Positions 15,607 through 22,789 of a stretch of DNA of 22,789 nucleotides are shown here, piece after piece. This stretch comes from an uncultured virus (IMG/VR IMGVR_UViG_3300030061_000857) (lineage: Duplodnaviria > Heunggongvirae > Uroviricota > Caudoviricetes > Crassvirales): IMG/VR virus record IMGVR_UViG_3300030061_000857. One strand, given 5' to 3'. Both the position numbers and the translations under genes were made by a program. Position 1 is the first letter of the stretch. Every line of letters begins with the position of its first letter. A model generated the notes under the pieces. It ran no database searches and was not told where the DNA came from. It saw only the letters and a list, made by a program, of their open reading frames with translations.

Positions 15607-15998
15607 TGGGAGTTCTAGGAAAAATATTTAGTGCAGGTGCTGGTAAACTAGTAGAGAATGTAGGAGGAGTATTAGATAATCTAACTACAACCAAAGAAGA
15701 AAAACTAGAAGCACAAAGAAAAATAAAAGAAATAATAGCTAACTATGAGGTAGAGATGGAAAAGAATGTTACTGATAGATGGAATGCTGATATGAACAGT
15801 GACTCATGGTTAAGTAAGAATGTAAGACCTATGGTTTTAATATTTTTAGTAGTATGTACAGTATTACTTATATTTATTGACGCAGGTCATTTAAAATTTA
15901 ATGTAAAAGAATCATATGTAGATCTTTTACAGATAGTTCTAATAACAGTGATTGGTGCCTACTTTGGTGGAAGGTCACTAGAAAAAAGAAAAAAATAA
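15606..15998 (+). CDS. Holin, GTA-type 3TM holin family (130 aa)
   Basis: VGGVLDNLTTTKEEKL, RWNADMNSDSWLSKNVRP, two C-terminal hydrophobic helices, GAYFGGRSLEK. Confidence 0.85.
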   Translation: MGVLGKIFSAGAGKLVENVGGVLDNLTTTKEEKLEAQRKIKEIIANYEVEMEKNVTDRWNADMNSDSWLSKNVRPMVLIFLVVCTVLLIFIDAGHLKFNVKESYVDLLQIVLITVIGAYFGGRSLEKRKK

Positions 15999-16690
15999 TG
16001 ACATTAAACGAAATAGCTTATAACTTGCTAAATTTAGTAAGGGGTGGTAGATCTAACCATGATGAGCACATATCTTTAGATCAAATTAAATTTAACATTA
16101 AGCACTACAGAGCAATGTTTATTAGAAGAGACTATGAAAGAAATGGTTTTGTTAGTAGACATGTAGAACAAGATCTTGGTTGTATAAAACTACAAAGAGT
16201 AGATGCAACTAAATGTTGTTCTTTACCCTCAGAGTGTATTGTGTCTAGAGGTGAGGATCTTATACCTAAGACTATTAGATATAATAGGCAAGAAGCTATT
16301 ACATATGTAGGAGATGTTACAGGAACTGGGACCATACCTATGGTTGATTCTAGCGCAGTACAATGGTTACCTTTTGATAAGTATACAAATAAAAAATATA
16401 AAGCTTACATGATAGAAGATTATATGTATATTTATAATGCAGAAGGATTAGAGTACATTAACGTTAGAGGAGTATTTGAAGATCCAGAAGCTGTAGCTAA
16501 ATTTGCAAACTGTGATCAAGGAAATAAATGTTATGATGACAGTACTACAGATTTTCCAATTCCTATGGATATGTTAAACACAATTAATAAAGGCATCTTA
16601 AGCGGTGAGTTATCATTATTAGCTAGCACTAAGAGTGATACTACAAATGATCGTATGCAGGATGTAGCACAAGTACAAACTAAAAATTAA
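15998..16690 (+). CDS. crAss-like tail ring protein (230 aa)
   Basis: MTLNEIAYNLL...ISLDQIKFNIKHYRAMFIRRD, EQDLGCIKL, INVRGVFEDP, FPIPMD...D.TND pattern recalled from crAss-like ring proteins; synteny with IHF-like, tail tubular and muzzle genes. Confidence 0.7.
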   Translation: MTLNEIAYNLLNLVRGGRSNHDEHISLDQIKFNIKHYRAMFIRRDYERNGFVSRHVEQDLGCIKLQRVDATKCCSLPSECIVSRGEDLIPKTIRYNRQEAITYVGDVTGTGTIPMVDSSAVQWLPFDKYTNKKYKAYMIEDYMYIYNAEGLEYINVRGVFEDPEAVAKFANCDQGNKCYDDSTTDFPIPMDMLNTINKGILSGELSLLASTKSDTTNDRMQDVAQVQTKN

Positions 16691-16703
16691 ATAATTAAAT
16701 AAA

Positions 16704-17267
16704 ATGAGCAAAGGAACACATAAAACAAAAGACGGTAGAACAGCCAAAAAAGGTTTATACTACTATATGAATCGTGCTAAAAAAAGAGGCACGTCAAAAC
16801 CTGGTAAAGGTACAGTAACTGACGAAGCTTTAGCAAGATCTAAGAAGACTGCTAAAAAAGCAATGATGGGAGGTAAAAAAGAAATGATGTATAAAGAAGG
16901 AGGTAAGTTTCCTGATATGAATAATGATGACAAAATTACTCAGGCAGATATATATCTAAGAAAAAAAGAAAAAGGTACTATAGCAAAGAAAGGAGGTGCT
17001 AAGAAAAAGAAAGCAATGATGTACAAGAAAGGAGGAATGAAGCAACAAGCTGCTATTGCAATCAAAATGAAAGAAGAAGGTAAAATGCCTAAAGATAAAA
17101 TGGGTATGGGAGGTAAGAAGAAAATGATGAAAGATGGCGGTAAGAAAAAAATGTACGGAGGTATGATGAAAAAGAAAAAGATGATGGGAGGTAAGAAAAA
17201 GATGATGTACGAAACAGGAGGATTTCTTGAGCCAGGTATTCCAAATCTTGACGATTGTTGTAACTAG
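16704..17267 (+). CDS. Highly basic Lys/Met/Gly low-complexity protein with repeated xxGG motifs (187 aa)
   Basis: Nine GG motifs in KKKMMxGG-like context, one EF-hand-like loop DMNNDDKITQAD, C-terminal YETGGFLEP; A-rich leader. Confidence 0.75.
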   Translation: MSKGTHKTKDGRTAKKGLYYYMNRAKKRGTSKPGKGTVTDEALARSKKTAKKAMMGGKKEMMYKEGGKFPDMNNDDKITQADIYLRKKEKGTIAKKGGAKKKKAMMYKKGGMKQQAAIAIKMKEEGKMPKDKMGMGGKKKMMKDGGKKKMYGGMMKKKKMMGGKKKMMYETGGFLEPGIPNLDDCCN

Positions 17268-17743
17268 TGAGTTATACTCTTAAACATATTTACAAAGACT
17301 ATCAAGATTGTTATACCGATGATCTTGATAAGTCTTTACATACAAATATTATACAAGAGTTTAATATTATGATTATGGATTATATTCTAGAAGGAAAGGA
17401 ATTTAATATGGGTAATAACCTTTCTACACTGTCTATTATAAGACGAGATAGAGATCCTAGATCACCAAGATTAGATTGGGGGGAAAGTAACAAGTATAAA
17501 AAAGAACTCCTAGAAGAAGGTCAATTGTTATATAACTCGGAAACGGGTGAAGGAGTAAAGTGGCATATCTATCATACTGATGAATATTACTGCAAGTACT
17601 ATTGGAGGAAAGGTAAGTGCAAGGTACCAAACAAATCAGTATATAGATTTGACACTACACGAGGAGTAAAAGGAAATAAAGAAAAGCTAATACGTTTATT
17701 AAAAGAAGACGATTTAGCATACTTAAAATTTAAAAAACATTAG
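17267..17743 (+). CDS. crAss-like IHF/HU-related protein (158 aa)
   Basis: GTG start overlapping TAG; IIQEFNIMIMDYILEGKEFNMGNNLSTLSI (HU/IHF-like helix and strands), LDWGESNK, YYWRK...NKSVYRF; position just before tail tubular and muzzle genes matches crAss-like gene order. Confidence 0.65.
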   Translation: MSYTLKHIYKDYQDCYTDDLDKSLHTNIIQEFNIMIMDYILEGKEFNMGNNLSTLSIIRRDRDPRSPRLDWGESNKYKKELLEEGQLLYNSETGEGVKWHIYHTDEYYCKYYWRKGKCKVPNKSVYRFDTTRGVKGNKEKLIRLLKEDDLAYLKFKKH

Positions 17744-17745
17744 AT

Positions 17746-18063
17746 ATGGCAACACCATTATGGCAGAGAAAAGCAGGTAAGAGCCCTACAGGTGGTTTGA
17801 CTCCAGCAGGTTCTAAGAGCGCTGGTGTAAAGAGACCTGTTACATCTAAGAATCCTAAAGGTAAAGCAAAGAAAAGAAAGAAGTCTTTTTGTGCTAGAAT
17901 GAGAGGTATGCGTAAAAGACAAAAGCCTAGTAACAATACAGGTAAAGATAGATTAAGCTTATCACTAAAGAAGTGGAGATGTAGAGATGGAGGTGTTTGT
18001 GGACCTACAAGATATGACACAGGAGGATTTTTACAACCACCTATACAAGATATATTTGAATAA
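17746..18063 (+). CDS. Basic DUF6321-like phage protein with C-terminal extension (105 aa)
   Basis: WQRKAGKSPTGGLT, RKKSFCARMRGM, RLSLSLKKWRC match the recalled DUF6321 pattern; extra tail RDGG...YDTGGFLQP. Confidence 0.7.
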   Translation: MATPLWQRKAGKSPTGGLTPAGSKSAGVKRPVTSKNPKGKAKKRKKSFCARMRGMRKRQKPSNNTGKDRLSLSLKKWRCRDGGVCGPTRYDTGGFLQPPIQDIFE

Positions 18064-18076
18064 ATAAAACAACAAC

Positions 18077-18961
18077 ATGGCAGTATATAAAACAAAGTCT
18101 AGTAAGACAATCATAAGAAAAATCTTTAGGGATCTAAAGCCACAAGATGATAATTGGATTGATGATGCTATTGAATGGATAGGTGAAGCGTTAGAGCATA
18201 TAGGTGCAGCTTCTCAACTATTACAAAAACAATGTGTATTAACTGTAGCAAATCATAAAGTATTACTGCCTACAGATTTATATTACATTAATCAAGTAGC
18301 TATAAACAACTCAGTAGATCCAGTATCTTCTAAAGAGTTAGATACATTAATAGATAAAGTAAAAGAACTAAAAGATGAGATAGCCGATGCACAAGCAAAC
18401 GGTTTAGAATACTCAAGCACAACATCTGTATTAAATGAAATTAATTCTAGAATTGTTGTGTTAGAAAATATATATTTTAAAAATAGTAACAACATGCAAC
18501 CACTACAATATGGAGCAAGTAACTTCCATAGAAGTATGCATTGTGATGACTGTGTAAATGAAAATGTACACTATGAAGATACATATATAGTAGACAATGA
18601 TTACATAAAAACATCATTTGAGAGTGGTAAGATATGTTTAAGTTACATGGCTTTTCCTACAGACGAAGACTGCTTTCCTTTAGTACCAGACGATATAAGC
18701 TACTCTGAAGCATTATTCTGGTATATATACAAAAAGATTTTATTATCTAAACCAGACTTTAAAGACAACGGAATAAACTATGTAACTGCAGAACAACAGT
18801 GGAAGTACTACTGTACACAAGCTAGGAACGCTGCAAACTATCCTGATATTGATAGGTATGAGTCTTACATGAATCAGTGGGTAAGAATGATACCTAACAT
18901 AAACAGACATGATGTAGGATTTGAACAATTAAATAACAGAGAGGATTTACATAGAAGCTAA
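18077..18961 (+). CDS. crAss-like tail tubular/ring protein (294 aa)
   Basis: IIRKIFRD...DAIEWIGEALEHIG, LPTDLYYINQV, YIKTSFESGKICLSYMAFPTDEDCFPLVPD, EALFWYIYKK, WKYYCTQA; immediately precedes the muzzle gene. Confidence 0.8.
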   Translation: MAVYKTKSSKTIIRKIFRDLKPQDDNWIDDAIEWIGEALEHIGAASQLLQKQCVLTVANHKVLLPTDLYYINQVAINNSVDPVSSKELDTLIDKVKELKDEIADAQANGLEYSSTTSVLNEINSRIVVLENIYFKNSNNMQPLQYGASNFHRSMHCDDCVNENVHYEDTYIVDNDYIKTSFESGKICLSYMAFPTDEDCFPLVPDDISYSEALFWYIYKKILLSKPDFKDNGINYVTAEQQWKYYCTQARNAANYPDIDRYESYMNQWVRMIPNINRHDVGFEQLNNREDLHRS

Positions 18962-21900
18962 TGGATAAACGATTTATAAAAGGATTATTTAAAGACACTG
19001 CGCATATTGACCAACCGGAAGGTACTTGGAGATATGCTAAGAATGCTATTATCAATAATAAGAAAGGATCTCTTTCTAATGAAGGAGGTACAGAGCTTGC
19101 TGGACATTTAGGGAACAACCCTACAACAGGAGCACAGAATGATAAAGTTATTGGTAAAATAGAAGTTAATGATAATAAGGTAGTTCTTTTTGTAATCGAT
19201 GTTGTTAATACTGTAAACCCTAGAAGTGAAATAGGTATATGGGAAGATAATACTTATACTATATTATATAATCCAGATGTAGTAGCTACAGGTATAGATT
19301 TAAATTTTAGAGAAACACATCCAATACAAGGTACATTTAAAATAGATTCTAAAGGAGATTTAGTCGTATACTTTACAGATGATTTAAATCCACCTAGAGC
19401 ATTTAATGTAGATAGACAAATACGTGAGAGTGCAGGTGTTGTAGAACATTTGTATGGATTTATACCTAACGATATAGAAATATTAAATTTATTTCCACAC
19501 GCAGGATCTGTACCGCATATAGAACTAGATGATCTTATCACACACCAAGCCTCTATTCTAGAAGGCGGAGGCTTACTAACAGCTGTATACTACTTAGCAT
19601 TAGGATATGTTGATGATGATTTTGTATCTACAAACTTTGTAACAGTATCAAATCCTATATCTATTGTAGACGAATTTGATTTTACTATACCAACAACTAA
19701 AAAAGATGGAGCTAAAGAAGGTAGTCAGACAACTAAAGCTATTAAATGGCTTGTAAGTAATTTAAACTCAGATTATAAATTTTTAAAAGCAGTTGTTATT
19801 AGAAAAATGGGAGATGCTACTGAGGCATTTAAACTTCCAGACTTAGATATTACAGCAAGTAGTACTAAGGAAGTAGTGTTTACTGGAATTGAAGGAACTA
19901 GCCCTGCATCGGTAGAAGATGTAATTATAGATACTATTTCTTATGCTACAGCTAAAACAGTACAACAATTAGATAATGTTCTTTATTTAGGTAATACAAC
20001 AAGTGATGTAGATTTAGATTATCAAAAGTATGCTAACAATATTAAACTACGTTCTACAACTAAACGTATAGAAAATTTTGATGAAATGTATGCTACAGTA
20101 GATAATTTAGAAACTGGGTTTTTAAACAAACCTGTAAATAAATTTAATGGAAATGTACAAACTGTAGACTCTACAAAATCATACAGATACGCTCCTAATA
20201 TATTTAAGTATAAAGGATACATGAGAGATGAGGTATATGCTTTTTATATAGCATTTATCCTTAAAGATGGTAGCACATCATATGCATATCATATTCCAGG
20301 AAGAGAAGTTATAGGTACAGAAAATTCAACAGCATTCAATGGAGCAGGCCCTTTATATGGAGATCTACAAGAAATAAATCCTGAGTATGCAAAAGAGTTT
20401 CATTTTATAGATAGCTCTTCAGCATTAGGAGCAAAAAAAATGAACTTTTGGCAAAACGCTACAGAAAAATATCCTAATACAGATGACTACCAAGTATGGG
20501 ATGAAACAGGAAATACAGGTAATGACTTAAAAGGTAAGAACATTAGACATCATCATTTTCCTTCAAACAGAAACCCAAGTAGAACAACAATTGTTGATAC
20601 AAATTGTAGTGCAGCTCAATCAGAAGGTATAGCTTTTAATACAACTACTTACAATAATTTAGAACTAATATTTTATAACCGCAGTGAGACTGAATGGGAA
20701 GTTAAGGATGGCACTTGGGATTATACTCGTTTTTATACTGACTTAAATACACACCCAGACTCTGGTCTTTTATGGGATGGAACACATTTTACAGCTACAC
20801 AACCTATGGATGTAGAAGTTAGATGGTTTGTGCAATATCATCAAACCGGAGGATTTTGGAGTGGTGTAGGAGATGTAACTACGCAGTTAAGAAAAATAAT
20901 AAACGGTACAGATGATTTAGTAAACGAAGATATAATTGAAGATATGGACTTTGAAATTACTGGCTGTAGTGGTTGTAGTGATTTAGCTGTTAATAGTCAA
21001 TTAACTTCAACTGTTGGTAATAGTCCTTCTGATCAAGCAGGTTTAGATTATGATATAACTACAGGATCAGATTTAGAATATACAAATGCTATACATTTAG
21101 AACCTGGAGATAAGTTATATCTTAGACATCAAAGAGACGAGTCTAATGATAAAGTATATCAAGCAAAAGAAAGTCAACAAAAAGTAGATATAACTGATGA
21201 TGATTGTCCAAATCATGAAACAATGATTCAATTTAGAATTACATCTAGTCAATTACAAATGGATCCTACATGGTTACATGATGCTAAAATAAGTCATGAT
21301 GTAGATGTTTTAGGTTTTGAATTAAGTGATATTAAAATACCTGAAAGTATAAGAGAAAAAATACAAGGCTTTAGAGTTTATTATGCAAACAGAGATCATG
21401 CAGATAAAACAATATTAGGACAAGCTCCTATATTACCTATGAAAAAACTTGTATCTCAAATAGGTATATGTAAAGAAGCTAGTTCAGGGGGTAATGCAGA
21501 TAGGATTTTAGAGACTTTACAAAACGCTCCTGAAGAATTTTGGTCAGCAGATCCTTCTACAGATACATATTATAATTATGCTAAGTATGATTTGTTTGAA
21601 GAAAACAATACAGGAGTTAATCTTAGAACAGATGAGTATGGATATAAAGTATTTAACTTTCCAGCTTTTGATTTACTTAGAACAAATAAAAGTATCTCTT
21701 CAGCTACTCATATTAATATAGAGTATATAACTAGAAACTTAGTATTTAATGGGCCAACTATAGAGCAAGATAAAAAAATGATGTCTTTTGTAAAAGAAGA
21801 TAATAATAGTACTCCGCCTCTTAAAACTGTTGATCAAGAATGGGGATATGATACTGAGTTTAATTGTTATCCTAAAGATGTAAACAGCTCAATACATATA

Positions 21901-22789
21901 GGACATGTTTATGATAGACCTCATGCACCTACAATGCCTAGAATGATAGGACAAAAAGCAAAAACATATGTTCCAGGTGACACTATATTTGATGCTAGAA
22001 GTTTAGGTTTTGGTGGTAAAATATTTAATGAGTTTGGTGAGTCTGGATTAGCTATTGGATTAAAAGACAAACATGAATTAAGTGCTTATAAAGCTAGAAT
22101 GGAACCTCTTAATGATGCTGGTCATCCTAACTGGGTTGGTAATAATTTTGGTTATTTTAACTACACACACAATGCTACTCCAAGTATATTAGTCAATCCT
22201 GTAGATTCTAATGGTGATTGGGATAGTACTTTCTATGATGGTTCTAATAGAAGTAAATCATATATAGCTAACTTAAAAGCTTTTAAAACTGATGTGTATA
22301 AATCTATTGATAGTCAAGACTTAGTATGGACAGGGTTTGAAGTACTAGGAGATGATTTAGATTATTTTACAATTGGTAATCAATTAGCTCATTATGATAC
22401 ACAACAATTAGGTACAGTTAATGGTTTTGATCATGAGGGTATATTTGGAGGAGATACATACATATGTAGATATGGAATATCTAGTGCTATTACACCTAAT
22501 GATAGAAACAGAGAGTCTAATCCAGGCAGAGCTATACATTATCATATTGTAGAAAGTCAAGATAATATTAATTTTAGACACACACAAGATGATGATAGTA
22601 TTTACTTTCCAAGTACACCAGCTAAAAATGTTTTAAAAACAGTAGGAATAAAAGATATAGTTAGCACTGATAATCTAAGATATAATGACAATTATTCTGA
22701 ATTAAATGGTTTACGATCAGCTTTTCCTTTACCATTAACTGATACTATACAAACTAATTTTCCAACAAGAACACACAGAAGTGCTAAAG
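18961..22789 (+). CDS. crAss-like muzzle / tail stabilisation protein, 3'-truncated (>1276 aa; not in ORF track)
   Basis: Hand-translated with no stop from ATG 18961 to the window end. Motifs FIKGLFKD...QPEGTWRYAKN...LSNEGG, LNFRETHPI, VYFTDDLNPPR, YKGYMRDEVYAF, YHIPGR, IRHHHFP, IFGGDTYI, VESQDNINFRH are recalled from crAss-like stabilisation proteins. Confidence 0.85.
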   Translation, partial: MDKRFIKGLFKDTAHIDQPEGTWRYAKNAIINNKKGSLSNEGGTELAGHLGNNPTTGAQNDKVIGKIEVNDNKVVLFVIDVVNTVNPRSEIGIWEDNTYTILYNPDVVATGIDLNFRETHPIQGTFKIDSKGDLVVYFTDDLNPPRAFNVDRQIRESAGVVEHLYGFIPNDIEILNLFPHAGSVPHIELDDLITHQASILEGGGLLTAVYYLALGYVDDDFVSTNFVTVSNPISIVDEFDFTIPTTKKDGAKEGSQTTKAIKWLVSNLNSDYKFLKAVVIRKMGDATEAFKLPDLDITASSTKEVVFTGIEGTSPASVEDVIIDTISYATAKTVQQLDNVLYLGNTTSDVDLDYQKYANNIKLRSTTKRIENFDEMYATVDNLETGFLNKPVNKFNGNVQTVDSTKSYRYAPNIFKYKGYMRDEVYAFYIAFILKDGSTSYAYHIPGREVIGTENSTAFNGAGPLYGDLQEINPEYAKEFHFIDSSSALGAKKMNFWQNATEKYPNTDDYQVWDETGNTGNDLKGKNIRHHHFPSNRNPSRTTIVDTNCSAAQSEGIAFNTTTYNNLELIFYNRSETEWEVKDGTWDYTRFYTDLNTHPDSGLLWDGTHFTATQPMDVEVRWFVQYHQTGGFWSGVGDVTTQLRKIINGTDDLVNEDIIEDMDFEITGCSGCSDLAVNSQLTSTVGNSPSDQAGLDYDITTGSDLEYTNAIHLEPGDKLYLRHQRDESNDKVYQAKESQQKVDITDDDCPNHETMIQFRITSSQLQMDPTWLHDAKISHDVDVLGFELSDIKIPESIREKIQGFRVYYANRDHADKTILGQAPILPMKKLVSQIGICKEASSGGNADRILETLQNAPEEFWSADPSTDTYYNYAKYDLFEENNTGVNLRTDEYGYKVFNFPAFDLLRTNKSISSATHINIEYITRNLVFNGPTIEQDKKMMSFVKEDNNSTPPLKTVDQEWGYDTEFNCYPKDVNSSIHIGHVYDRPHAPTMPRMIGQKAKTYVPGDTIFDARSLGFGGKIFNEFGESGLAIGLKDKHELSAYKARMEPLNDAGHPNWVGNNFGYFNYTHNATPSILVNPVDSNGDWDSTFYDGSNRSKSYIANLKAFKTDVYKSIDSQDLVWTGFEVLGDDLDYFTIGNQLAHYDTQQLGTVNGFDHEGIFGGDTYICRYGISSAITPNDRNRESNPGRAIHYHIVESQDNINFRHTQDDDSIYFPSTPAKNVLKTVGIKDIVSTDNLRYNDNYSELNGLRSAFPLPLTDTIQTNFPTRTHRSAK

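Noticed and set aside
4581..17743. Stop-codon reassignment (TAG/TGA) as in some crAss-like phages
   Set aside because: Coding density is nearly complete under code 11, long genes have no internal TAG/TGA, and these stops fall at natural gene boundaries.
1294..20222. All minus-strand ORFs in the supplied track
   Set aside because: Each lies antisense to a well-supported + strand gene; they are shadows of Ala/Thr/Gly-rich or repetitive codons and show no recognisable motifs.
20433..20440. A8 homopolymer in the muzzle gene as a frameshift or phase-variation site
   Set aside because: The frame stays open (GCA AAA AAA ATG) and A-runs are common in this AT-rich sequence.

Overview
AT-rich, densely packed window with every credible gene on the + strand. 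It reads as the late (virion and lysis) region of a crAss-like (Crassvirales-related) podophage, probably infecting aquatic Bacteroidetes/Flavobacteriia; family calls are from motif recall, not searches. The right end carries the crAss-type tail core: ring protein, IHF-like protein, tail tubular/ring protein and a >1276-aa muzzle/stabilisation ORF (18961->end) missing from the supplied track. The middle holds fibre genes (13-aa ELNILDG repeats, S74 chaperone, LamG adhesin), a DUF5675 endolysin candidate and two holin-like genes. The most unusual part is a ~5.6 kb block (2989-8589) apparently aimed at the host envelope. It encodes a signal-peptide beta-barrel-like protein, an SNase-type nuclease, a 59-aa Cys protein, a membrane-anchored coiled coil, an exported thioredoxin fold lacking CxxC, and an 1122-aa Cys-repeat protein ending in a T9SS-like sorting domain. 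No tRNA, rRNA, CRISPR array, integrase or reverse transcriptase was seen.
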